DNA of 40,942 nucleotides from an uncultured Vicinamibacteraceae bacterium (GTDB taxonomy: Bacteria > Acidobacteriota > Vicinamibacteria > Vicinamibacterales > UBA8438): positions 1 through 40,942 of the forward strand of contig CAYGCV010000002.1 of the NCBI GenBank assembly GCA_964348425.1, read 5' to 3'. The notes beneath the pieces are model-generated. The model was not told the DNA's origin, made no database searches, and saw only the letters and a list, made by a program, of their open reading frames with translations. Of this stretch, positions 20,275-31,164 are shown in pieces. Within the stretch, counting starts at the first letter, position 1. Each line of letters opens with the position of its first letter. Made by a program: the position numbers and the translations under genes.

Positions 20275-20307
20275 GGGCGGTTGGAACCAGGGAAGGATAC
20301 CGAGCAA

Positions 20308-20577
20308 GTGGCGAACCACAAGTCAGCGCTCAAGGCGCATCGCCGGAACGTGAAGACGCGCGCGCACAACCGCGAGCTTCGCCGCCGACTGCGGCGGGCG
20401 CTCAAGGCGGCGCGCGTCGCCGCCGACGGCGGCGATGCCGCGATCGCCGAGAAGCTCCGCGGCACCGTGTCGCTGATCGACAAGCTGGCCGGCAAGGGGA
20501 TCATCCACGCGAACGCGGCGGCGCGCTACAAGTCCAGACTGTCACGGCGCGCGGCGAGCGCCTCCGCCGCGGCCTGA
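20308..20577 (+). CDS. rpsT: 30S ribosomal protein S20
   Basis: 89 aa from a GTG: ANHKSALKAHRRNVKTRAHNRELRRRLRRALK...IDKLAGKGIIHANAAARYKSRLSRR. Preceded by a good SD. Confidence 0.93.
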   Translation: MANHKSALKAHRRNVKTRAHNRELRRRLRRALKAARVAADGGDAAIAEKLRGTVSLIDKLAGKGIIHANAAARYKSRLSRRAASASAAA

Positions 20578-21519
20578 CGGCCGGCCCGCCCCTCTCCCGG
20601 CCGCTTCGCACAGCCGCACGACCAGGCGCTCGAGCAGCAGCCGCGGCGTGCCGGCGGACTGCTTCAGGGCGATATCGGTCCTGAAGATCGCATCGATGCC
20701 CTGCGGCACGCGGGCCGCGGGCAGCCGGCTCCTCGCGACCCAGGCCAGTTGGCCCAGCACCACGTAGGGCACGGCGCCCTGCTCGAGCGCGCGGCCGAGC
20801 TCGCGCAGCGCGACGGCCGTTTGCCCCCGCTCGATCGCCCGCGTCACGGCCCAGTCGTCGTACGCCGCCGCGGGTCCGGCCACGCTGCGGACGTCGGCGG
20901 CGGTGATTGCCGGTGCGTCGCCGACGTACAGCAGCAGCCGGTCGACCTCGTCGCGCAACCGGTTCGCGTCGGGACCGATGCGCTCGGCCAGGAGCCGGAT
21001 GGCGGCGGATTCCATGCGCTTGTCCGCGGCGGTCACCTTCGCCCGGATCCAGCGCCCGGCGTCGGCGACCGATTCGAGGCCGCCGCAGCGCACCACGGTC
21101 GCGCGGGCCAGCAGCCGGCGGGTCGCGGCCCGGCGCTCGTCGAGCGGACCGCTGACGAGCACGAGGGAGGCATGGTCGGGCGCCTGCTCGAGGAACGCGG
21201 CGAGCGCCTCCGCGTCGCGCGCGGCCCCCGCCTGCTCCCGCTTCGGCTGCAGCGCCCGCTCGGCGTGGCGCACGATGACGAGGCGCCGCGGCGCCATCAT
21301 CGGCAGCGTGCACGCGGCGTCGAGCATGGCGCCCAGCGGGGTCTCCCCGCCGTGGAAGCGGTCGACGTTGAAAGCGCGCAGGCCCTCGTCCACGGTCTGC
21401 TCGAACGCGTCCGCGATCTCGCTCTTCTCCTGCTCGTCGTCACCGAGCACGAGGTAGACGGCATCGAGCTGCCCGGCCGCGATCCGGCTGCGCACCGCGT
21501 GCGGCGTGGAGGCGCCCAT
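20542..21519 (-). CDS. holA: DNA polymerase III delta subunit
   Basis: 325 aa: LDAVYLVLGDDEQEK...FNVDRFHGGE...LPMMAPRRLVIVRHAE. Conserved leuS-lptE-holA synteny. The 3' end overlaps the rpsT 3' end convergently by 36 nt. Confidence 0.85.
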   Translation of the reverse strand: MGASTPHAVRSRIAAGQLDAVYLVLGDDEQEKSEIADAFEQTVDEGLRAFNVDRFHGGETPLGAMLDAACTLPMMAPRRLVIVRHAERALQPKREQAGAARDAEALAAFLEQAPDHASLVLVSGPLDERRAATRRLLARATVVRCGGLESVADAGRWIRAKVTAADKRMESAAIRLLAERIGPDANRLRDEVDRLLLYVGDAPAITAADVRSVAGPAAAYDDWAVTRAIERGQTAVALRELGRALEQGAVPYVVLGQLAWVARSRLPAARVPQGIDAIFRTDIALKQSAGTPRLLLERLVVRLCEAAGRGAGRPSGRGGGARRAP

Positions 21520-21529
21520 CGGCCGGACC

Positions 21530-22069
21530 CTAGAAGGCTTCCAGAATCGAGCTGACCACGGTTTCCGCGAAGTCCTGCGCGATGCGCTCGACGGCGTTCG
21601 ACCGCTGCCCGAAGAAGGCCGACACGCTCTGGACGTCGCCGCCGCCCGAAGCCACCTCGTACTCGTCGCTGAACTGCAGGCTGGGATTCTGCCAGAGCAC
21701 CTCGTTGGTCGTCAGGTCCGTGAACGCGATGCGGGCGGTCAGCGTGAACACGTAGCGGGAGGCCTGCTGGTCGTCGGTGAAGCTGGCCGGCGCGATCCGG
21801 ATGTTGCGAATGGCCCCTTCGAGCACGGCATCGACGCCGGTGGTGTCCGGCAGCACCCGGTACCGGCCGCGGCCGATGAACTCCTGCCGCACCTCCTGGG
21901 TCACGATCTGCTCGACCTCGAACGCCGACGTGTCGTTGTCGAACAGCGGGATCCCGATCGTCTCGATGTAGTCCGGCAGAAACGACCCGCGGCCGGCGAG
22001 CGTGTACCCGCACGCGGCGTGCGCTGCGCAGGCGAGCAGCACCGCGAGCGCGGCGCAGGTCCGGGTCAT
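21530..22069 (-). CDS. lptE: LPS-assembly lipoprotein LptE
   Basis: The internal ATG at 22069 gives 179 aa with a lipoprotein signal (MTRTCAALAVLLACAAHAACGY). The position between leuS and holA matches E. coli. The upstream part of the 287-aa ORF is Arg/Gly shadow sequence. Confidence 0.8.
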   Translation of the reverse strand: MTRTCAALAVLLACAAHAACGYTLAGRGSFLPDYIETIGIPLFDNDTSAFEVEQIVTQEVRQEFIGRGRYRVLPDTTGVDAVLEGAIRNIRIAPASFTDDQQASRYVFTLTARIAFTDLTTNEVLWQNPSLQFSDEYEVASGGGDVQSVSAFFGQRSNAVERIAQDFAETVVSSILEAF

Positions 22070-22072
22070 CAA

Positions 22073-22112
22073 TCGATTCCGGCGCGATTCCAGCGCGATT
22101 CCAGCGGTTCCA
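22073..22112 (-). repeat. Four phased direct repeats with a GGAA core in the leuS-lptE spacer
   Basis: mRNA sense: CUGGAACCG CUGGAAUCGCG CUGGAAUCGCG CCGGAAUCGAUUG-AUG. GGA cores are spaced 9, 11 and 11 nt apart, and the last one is 8 nt before the lptE AUG. Confidence 0.7.
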
Positions 22113-22125
22113 GGTCTGCCGCGGG

Positions 22126-24694
<2,569 letters not shown>

Positions 24695-24705
<11 letters not shown>

Positions 24706-25750
24706 GCCAGAACGGCGCCTGCGCGCGGCGGACCAGGCTCAGCGCGGCGTCGGCCCGCTCCGTCGAGCCGCCGCCCGGACGCGGTCCGGGCGGGCCGTCC
24801 TCCTGCATGACCGCCAGCGTGGAGACCAGGCACGCCTCGAGCGCCTCGAGGTCGTAGCCGCCCTCCGTGACCAGCGCCATGCGTCCGCCGCAGCAGCGCT
24901 CGGCCACGGCGCGCAGCGCACTCGTCATCCAGGCGTACCCGGCGGTCGACACGTGCATGCCGCCCAGCGGATCGCGATCGTGGGCGTCGTACCCCGCCGA
25001 GAGCAGCAGCAGCTCGGGATCGAACTGCTCGAGGATCGGAACCACCGCCTGCTCGAAGACCAGACCGTAGTCGGCGTCGCCGGCGCCGGCCGCCAGCGGC
25101 ACGTTCACGGTCAGGCCGGCGCCCCGCCCGCTGCCGAGGTCGCCGGCGGCGCCCGTGCCCGGATAGAACGGGTACTGATGCAGCGACAGGTAGAGCACGC
25201 GGGGCTCGTCGTAGAACATCCACTGCGTGCCGTTGCCGTGATGCACGTCGTAGTCGACGACGGCCACCCTCTCGAGCCCGCGGCCCAGAGCATGGGCGGC
25301 GGCCACGGCGACGTTGTTGTAGAGACAGAAGCCCATCGCGCGATCCCGTTCCGCGTGATGCCCCGGCGGGCGCACCAGCGCGACCGCCCGGCCGCCGGCC
25401 AGGGCCTGGTCGGCGGCGTCGATCGTGGCGCCCGCGGCGAGGCGCGCGATGGTCTCCGAGTCCGGCGACGCGTAGGTGTCGGGGTCCAGACGCACGCGGC
25501 GGCCGGCGGTGGCGCCCATCGCGTCGACATGCTGTCGATCGTGGACGCCGAGCAGGGCGGCGGTGGTCGCCGGCCGCGGCTCCGCCAGCGCGCCGCCCGC
25601 GTCGGCCCACCGCCGAGCGACCGCGGCCATCACCGCGGCCCGCTCCGGCCGTTCCGGGTGGCCCGGCGGCGTCGCGTGGTCGCCGAACCGCTCCGACGAC
25701 AGCACGAGCACGTCGCGCGGTTCACGGTCGCGATCAGGCTGCATCCTCAT
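24695..25750 (-). CDS. Histone deacetylase-family (class II-like) deacetylase / AcuC-AphA-type amidohydrolase
   Basis: [23 protein letters not shown]...[13 protein letters not shown]...YPFYPGTG...[13 protein letters not shown]...EGGYDL. All zinc and catalytic motifs of the family are present. Confidence 0.9.
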
Positions 25751-26423
25751 TGTCCTCGCCCAGCATGGTCAGGGTGCGGGCGGCGAGACCCCGGAGGGCC
25801 TGCTCGAGCTCGGCCCGGGACGCCTCGAGCGTCGCCTCGGAGGCCCGCGGCGGCACGTCGATGGGGCGGCCGATCGCCACGGCGATGCGGCTGAAGGGCC
25901 GCGGCACCTGCGTCCGGTCCCAGCTCCGCGCCGACCAGTAGCGCTGCGCCTCCATGTGAAACGGCAGGACGGGGCTGCCGGTCAGGCTGGCCAGCCACAC
26001 GGCCCCCGGCTGCACGGAGCGCAGCGGGCCGCGCGGGCCGTCCACCGCGAACCCCGCCGGCCGGCCGCTGCGCACGTCGCGCCGCAACTGGGCCAGCGCG
26101 CGGGCTCCCCCGCGCGACGTCGAGCCCCGGGCCGTACCGTAGCCGAAGCGGCGGATGATGCGGGCAATCCACTCGCCGTCGAAGTTCTCGCTCGTCATAA
26201 CGACGATGCCGCGCCCCCGCCAGAAGTACGTCGCGGCCAGGATGCGACCGTGCCAGAAGGCGAATATCGGCGCCCGTCGCGCGGACCGCAGCGCTTCGTA
26301 GTGCGCGCAGCCGTCCACCTGCCAGCGGCAGGTTCTCCCCAGCAGGGCTATCAACGGGTACGCCAGCCCGGCGATGGCCGCAGCCCGGACGCGATCCACC
26401 CTCGACAGGCTGCCCGCCGTCAC
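25734..26423 (-). CDS. DUF374-domain lysophospholipid acyltransferase-family protein
   Basis: 229 aa: IFAFWHGRIL....MTSENFDGEWIARIIRRFGYGTARGSTSRGGARAL...GFAVDGPRGP.....PGAVWLASLTGSPVLPFH. The GTG start overlaps the ETF-QO stop (GTGA). Confidence 0.75.
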   Translation of the reverse strand: MTAGSLSRVDRVRAAAIAGLAYPLIALLGRTCRWQVDGCAHYEALRSARRAPIFAFWHGRILAATYFWRGRGIVVMTSENFDGEWIARIIRRFGYGTARGSTSRGGARALAQLRRDVRSGRPAGFAVDGPRGPLRSVQPGAVWLASLTGSPVLPFHMEAQRYWSARSWDRTQVPRPFSRIAVAIGRPIDVPPRASEATLEASRAELEQALRGLAARTLTMLGEDNEDAA

Positions 26424-28084
26424 ATCCCTTCGTACTGCGGACCACCGCCCCCTTCCGGCGGCACCCAGTCGATGATCTGATAGGGGTCCATGATGTCACA
26501 CGTCTTGCAGTGAACGCAGTTCGACGCGTTGATCTGCAACTGCTTGCCGGCCGAGCCGTCGGTCGCGTCGATGATCTCGTAGACGTTCGCGGGACAGAAG
26601 CGCGTGCAGGGATTGCGGTACTCCTCGAGGCAGCGCGTGCGGCACAGGTCCGTGTCGTGCACCAGCAGGTGCGACGGCTGGTCCTCGTCGTGGCGGGTGC
26701 CGGAGAAGTGCACGTTGGTCAGCTTGTCGAACGTCAGCGTGCGGTCGATCGGGACCCCCGCATCGGCGGCGGCCGGGGTCGTCCCGGCGCCTGCCGGCGC
26801 GACCCGCGCCAGCCGCTGGTGGCCGGGCTCGGCCGGCATCGGATCGCGCAGCCACCAGCCGCCGGACACCAGGGCCAGGGCGGAGTACGCGAGCCCCGCG
26901 AGCAGCCCGTGGCCGAAGCTCTGGTGCACGTTGCGCACGGGGTACAGCTCCGCGCGGATGCGGCCCTGCTCGATCAGCTCCCCGTAGCGCGCCAGCCGGG
27001 CAGCCGACGGATCGCCCGCGCGCACCGCCTCGAAGGCCGCCTCGGCCGCGCACATGCCGCTGCGCATGGCGAGGTGAATGCCCTTGAGCCGCATGGAGTT
27101 GAGAAAGCCGGCCGCGTCTCCGGCCAGCAGCCCGCCGGGCAGGTGGCAGCGCGGGACCGCGTGCCAGCCGCCCTCGGGCAGGGCCTTGGCGCCGTAGCGC
27201 ACCATCTGGCCGTCGGCGAGCAGGCCGGCGACGAGCCGGTGCCGCTTGAAGCGCTGGAACGCGACGTGCGGGTCGAAGAGCGGATCCCGGTAGTCCAGGC
27301 CGGCGACGAACCCCACCGCGACGCGTCCGCCCGGCAGCGCGTAGACGAAGCCGCCGCCGAACTCCTCGAAGCGCGCCGGATAGCCCAGGGTGTGCATGAC
27401 CGCGCCGGGCTGCAGGCGGCCGGCCGGCACCTCCCACAGCTCCTTGATGCCGAGCGCGTAGACCTGCGGCAGGCGTCCCTCGTCGAGGGCGAAGCGGCGG
27501 ATCAGCGTCTTGGTCAGATTGCCGCGCACGCCGTCCGCGAAGATCGTGACCGCGGCCCGGATGTCGACGCCCGGCTCGAAGGTCGGCTTGCGGGCGCCGT
27601 GCCGATCGATGCCCCGGTCGCCGGTGCGCACGCCCACCACGCGGTCGCCCTCGAGCAGCACCTCCGAGCCGGAGAAGCCCGTGAAGACGTCGACGCCGGC
27701 CTCCTCCACGAGCCCGGCCAGCCACTTCACGAAGCGGTTCAGCGAGATGACGTAGTGGCCGTGGTTGCGCAGGGGCGGCGGCGTCACGGGGAACCGCAGC
27801 GCGCGAGTCCGCGTGAGGAAGTAGACGCGGTCGTCGCGCACCGGGGTCTCGAGCGGGGCCTTGCGCGCCCGCCAGTCCGGCACGAGCTCGTCGAGGGCCG
27901 CCGGGTCCAGCACGGCTCCCGAGAGCATGTGGGCCCCGCTGGAGCGCGCCTTCTCCAGCACGGCGACCGCGAGCGGGTCGCCCCCGCGTTCGCGCTGCAG
28001 CGTGGCCAGCCGGTAGGCAGCCGACAGCCCTGCGGGGCCGCCGCCCACGATCAGGACGTCGACATCGAGCGTGTCGCGTTCCAG
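26420..28084 (-). CDS. Electron transfer flavoprotein-ubiquinone oxidoreductase (ETF-QO), probable CTG start
   Basis: The C-terminus carries the 4Fe-4S region (CPANVYEI...CVHCKTCDIMDP...WVPPEGGGGPQYEGM). The first canonical start (GTG 28048) would remove the beta-1 strand of the FAD Rossmann fold. In-frame upstream codons read (L)ERDTLDVDVLIVGGGPAGLSAA, matching the family N-terminus. CTG at 28084-28082 is preceded by GGGAGAG. Confidence 0.85.
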   Translation of the reverse strand: MERDTLDVDVLIVGGGPAGLSAAYRLATLQRERGGDPLAVAVLEKARSSGAHMLSGAVLDPAALDELVPDWRARKAPLETPVRDDRVYFLTRTRALRFPVTPPPLRNHGHYVISLNRFVKWLAGLVEEAGVDVFTGFSGSEVLLEGDRVVGVRTGDRGIDRHGARKPTFEPGVDIRAAVTIFADGVRGNLTKTLIRRFALDEGRLPQVYALGIKELWEVPAGRLQPGAVMHTLGYPARFEEFGGGFVYALPGGRVAVGFVAGLDYRDPLFDPHVAFQRFKRHRLVAGLLADGQMVRYGAKALPEGGWHAVPRCHLPGGLLAGDAAGFLNSMRLKGIHLAMRSGMCAAEAAFEAVRAGDPSAARLARYGELIEQGRIRAELYPVRNVHQSFGHGLLAGLAYSALALVSGGWWLRDPMPAEPGHQRLARVAPAGAGTTPAAADAGVPIDRTLTFDKLTNVHFSGTRHDEDQPSHLLVHDTDLCRTRCLEEYRNPCTRFCPANVYEIIDATDGSAGKQLQINASNCVHCKTCDIMDPYQIIDWVPPEGGGGPQYEGM

Positions 28085-28085
28085 C

Positions 28086-29045
28086 TCACTCTCCCAACGC
28101 CGCGATGAGCGCCGGCACGACCTCGAAGAGGTCCCCGACGATCCCGTAATCGGCGACTTCGAAGATGGGGGCGTCCGCGTCCTTGTTGATGGCGACGATG
28201 GTGCGCGCGCCCTTCATCCCGACCAGGTGCTGGATGGCTCCGGAGATGCCGAGCGCCAGGTACAGGCGGGGCGCCACGGTCTGTCCCGAGCTGCCGATCT
28301 GCCGATCCATCGGCAGCCAGCCGGCATCGCAGATGGGTCGCGAGGCAGCCAGCTCGGCGCCGAGGGCCTGCGCCAGCTCCTGCGCCAGCGGCAGGTGCTC
28401 CTGGGCCTTGATGCCCCGCCCCACCGACACGATCCGCTCCGCCTGTCCGAGATCGATCGCCTGCTTCGACTCCTGGAACGGCGGCTCCGGCCGCTGGCGG
28501 ATCGCAGCGGGGTCGACCGTCACCGCGGCCGCCCGGGTCGGGGCCGGACGCTCGCCCCGGCGGGCTGCATCCGCCCGGTAGGCGCCGATCTGGAAGCTGG
28601 CGAAGTGCGGTCCCGGCCCCTCGGGCACGACGTCGGCCACGAACTTGCCCTGGAACATGGGCCTGACGAAGGCCACGGCGCCTGCGTGCGGCTTCGCGGC
28701 GATGCAGTCCGTGATGAGGCCGCAACCGAGCCGCGCCGCGAGCTGCGGCGCGAAGTCGCGAGCCTGATACGTGTGCGGCAGCAGCACGGCGGCCGGACGC
28801 TCCGCCTCGACCACCTGGGCCCAGGCCTGGACGAAGCCGTCCGGCGTGTACGGTTCGAGCGCGGGATCCTCCACGACGAGCACCGCCCCGACGTCGGCGT
28901 GCGACAGCTCGGCGGCGACCGCCCCGACCGCGGCGCCGGCTACGCCCACGGTCACCGGGCCGCCGATCTGCTGCGCGGCCGCAATCACCTCCCAGGTCGC
29001 CGGGTTGAGCGCGCCGCCACGCTGCTCCGCTATGACCAGGTTCAT
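28086..29045 (-). CDS. etfA: Electron transfer flavoprotein alpha subunit
   Basis: 319 aa: MNLVIAEQRGGALNPATWEVI...; C-terminal FAD-binding region LYLALGISGAIQHLVGMKGARTIVAINKDADAPIFEVADYGIVGDLFEVVP. Confidence 0.95.
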   Translation of the reverse strand: MNLVIAEQRGGALNPATWEVIAAAQQIGGPVTVGVAGAAVGAVAAELSHADVGAVLVVEDPALEPYTPDGFVQAWAQVVEAERPAAVLLPHTYQARDFAPQLAARLGCGLITDCIAAKPHAGAVAFVRPMFQGKFVADVVPEGPGPHFASFQIGAYRADAARRGERPAPTRAAAVTVDPAAIRQRPEPPFQESKQAIDLGQAERIVSVGRGIKAQEHLPLAQELAQALGAELAASRPICDAGWLPMDRQIGSSGQTVAPRLYLALGISGAIQHLVGMKGARTIVAINKDADAPIFEVADYGIVGDLFEVVPALIAALGE

Positions 29046-29063
29046 GCGATGCGGGCTCCTCGT

Positions 29064-29828
29064 TCAGAATACGCGCGCGTCCTCGCGCAGCACGCGCACC
29101 AGCTCGGCGGCCGCCTCCCCCGGAGACCCCTCGATGAGCTGCGTGCGCTTGTCCTTCTCGGGAACGTACAGTCGCGCAATCCGCTGCTGCGGCGCCGAGC
29201 CCGGGCCGGGAGCCACCTTGCGCACCTCCTTCTTCTTCGCCGCCATGATGCCCCGCAGCGTCGCGTAGCGCAGTTGGTTGATGCCGCTCTGAATCGTCAG
29301 GAGCGCCGGCAGCGGCATCGACACCCACTGGAACCAGCCGCCTTCGAGCTCCCGCTTCACGCGCAGCCGCCCGTCGGCCACGGTCACCTCCATGATGATG
29401 GTCGCGTGCGGTACGCCCAACCGCTCGGCCAGGACGACCCCGGTCTGGCCGAAGCCCTGGTCGTCCGACTGCAGTCCGGTCAGCACCAGATCGCACGACT
29501 CGGGCCGCAGCGCATCCGCGAGCGCGCCGGCCACCGTGTACGCCTCGGCGACCGCCAGCTCGTCGGACTCGACGTGGATGGCGCGATCGGCGCCCCGCGC
29601 CAGTCCCTCGCGGATTACCTGACCCACGCGGGCGGGACCCGCGGCGCAGATGATGACCTCGCCCCCGTGGCTCTCCTTCAACCGCAGCGCCTCCTCGAGG
29701 GCGTACGCATCCGGCTCGTTCAGCTCGAAGCTCGCGTCCCCGTCACGAACCCACGTGCCCGCGTCGTCGACACGGAGCGGCCAGTCCCGGGTGACGACCT
29801 GCTTGACGCAAACGGCGATTTTCAGCAT
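29064..29828 (-). CDS. etfB: Electron transfer flavoprotein beta subunit
   Basis: 254 aa: MLKIAVCVKQV......ELNEPDAYALEEALRLKE...VLTGLQSDD...G..LAERLG.PH. Confidence 0.95.
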   Translation of the reverse strand: MLKIAVCVKQVVTRDWPLRVDDAGTWVRDGDASFELNEPDAYALEEALRLKESHGGEVIICAAGPARVGQVIREGLARGADRAIHVESDELAVAEAYTVAGALADALRPESCDLVLTGLQSDDQGFGQTGVVLAERLGVPHATIIMEVTVADGRLRVKRELEGGWFQWVSMPLPALLTIQSGINQLRYATLRGIMAAKKKEVRKVAPGPGSAPQQRIARLYVPEKDKRTQLIEGSPGEAAAELVRVLREDARVF

Positions 29829-29836
29829 GGCTGGAC

Positions 29837-29884
29837 TTCAATCAGATGGGGCTGCGCCCCAAGCCCCGGCGTCCGCTTGCAGGG
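29837..29884 (+). repeat. Single copy of the GC-rich palindromic repeat in the fabF-etfB spacer
   Basis: TTCAATCAGATGGGGCTGCGCCCCAAGCCCCGGCGTCCGCTTGCAGGG. Hairpin GGGGC-TGC-GCCCC at 29848-29860. It fills most of the 64-nt spacer. Confidence 0.8.
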
Positions 29885-29892
29885 ACAGGCGG

Positions 29893-31137
29893 CTAGTCCT
29901 CGTGGCGCTTGAAGAGGAGGCTCGCGTTCGTGCCGCCGAAGCCGAACGAGTTGGACAGGGCATACGTCAGCGTGGCGTTCCGCTTCCGGTTCGGCACGTA
30001 GTCGAGGTCGCAATCCGGATCCGGATACTCCAGATTGACGGTCGGCGGGAGCACCTGATCACGGACCGCCAGCGCGGCGATTCCGGCTTCCAGCCCCCCG
30101 GCGGCGCCCAGCAGATGGCCCGTCATCGACTTGGTCGACGAGATCGCCAGCGAGCGCGCGTGGTCTCCGAAGCACTTCCTGATCGCCAGCGTTTCCAGCT
30201 TGTCATTGTACCGTGTCGACGTCCCGTGGGCGTTGATGTAGTCGACGGCCGACGGCTCGACGCCCGCATCGTCGAGCGCCGCCTGCATGACGCGGACGGC
30301 GCCGCCCGCATCCTCCGCCGGCGCCGTCACGTGGTAGGCATCGGCCGACATGCCGTAGCCCACGATCTCCGCATAGATGGGAACGCCGCGCCGCCGGGCG
30401 CGGTCCCGCTCCTCGAGGACGATCACGCCGGCGCCCTCGCCGATGATGAACCCGTCGCGCTCCTGGTCGAACGGGCGGCTGGCCCGCTCCGGCTCGTCGT
30501 TCCGCGTCGACAGCGCGCGCATCGAGGCGAAGCCGCCGACTCCCATGGGTGTGATGGCCGCCTCCGAGCCGCCGGCAATCATCACGTCGGCGGTGCCGCG
30601 GCGCACGATCTCGAAAGCGTCGCCGACCGCGTGGGCCGAGGCGGAGCAGGCCGTGCACGTCGCCGAGTTCGGACCCTGCGCCCCGAACCGGATGGACACC
30701 TGACCGGCTGCCAGGTTGATGATCGCCGACGGAATGAAGAACGGCGAGATCTTGCGGGGCCCGCCCGCGAGGAGCGCGCGGTGCTCGCGCTCGATCGTGC
30801 TGAATCCGCCGATTCCGGACGCGATGAAGACCCCCGCCCGGGGTCCGAGCGGCTGGTCCGTCTGCAACCCCGCGTCGCACAGCGCGAACTCGGAGGCGGC
30901 GATGGCGTACTGGATGAAGACGTCCATCTTCTTGACGTCTTTCCTGCCGATGAACTCGAGCGGGTCGAAGTCCCTCACCTCACCCGCGATGCGGGCGGCG
31001 AAGGCGCTCGCGTCGAAATGCGTGATCGCGCCGATTCCGCTCCGTCCCGCGCACAGGCCCTCCCATGTCGCCTGGGTGCCGACCCCCAGCGGCGACACGA
31101 GACCGACACCAGTGACAACAACCCGTCTGCGCGACAT
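29893..31137 (-). CDS. fabF: 3-oxoacyl-ACP synthase II
   Basis: MSRRRVVVTGVGLVSPLG...; active-site ATCTACSASAHAVG, HGTST, SFGFGGTNASL. The ATG at 31137 is preceded by GAGGG and is preferred over the GTG at 31155. Confidence 0.95.
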   Translation of the reverse strand: MSRRRVVVTGVGLVSPLGVGTQATWEGLCAGRSGIGAITHFDASAFAARIAGEVRDFDPLEFIGRKDVKKMDVFIQYAIAASEFALCDAGLQTDQPLGPRAGVFIASGIGGFSTIEREHRALLAGGPRKISPFFIPSAIINLAAGQVSIRFGAQGPNSATCTACSASAHAVGDAFEIVRRGTADVMIAGGSEAAITPMGVGGFASMRALSTRNDEPERASRPFDQERDGFIIGEGAGVIVLEERDRARRRGVPIYAEIVGYGMSADAYHVTAPAEDAGGAVRVMQAALDDAGVEPSAVDYINAHGTSTRYNDKLETLAIRKCFGDHARSLAISSTKSMTGHLLGAAGGLEAGIAALAVRDQVLPPTVNLEYPDPDCDLDYVPNRKRNATLTYALSNSFGFGGTNASLLFKRHED

Positions 31138-31164
31138 CGCCCTCGCCTGGTGCACCCGGGGGGC

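Noticed and set aside
20105-20307. A small RNA or tRNA in the largest non-coding gap of the window (203 nt)
   Set aside because: No cloverleaf-compatible arms or strong conserved-looking structure were seen. The gap is accounted for by the methyltransferase-like stub, the rpsT promoter and its 5' leader.
28046-28088. A programmed frameshift or readthrough fusing EtfA to ETF-QO
   Set aside because: The frames differ, no slippery heptamer is present, and EtfA ends at its normal C-terminus. A CTG start with its own SD is more parsimonious.
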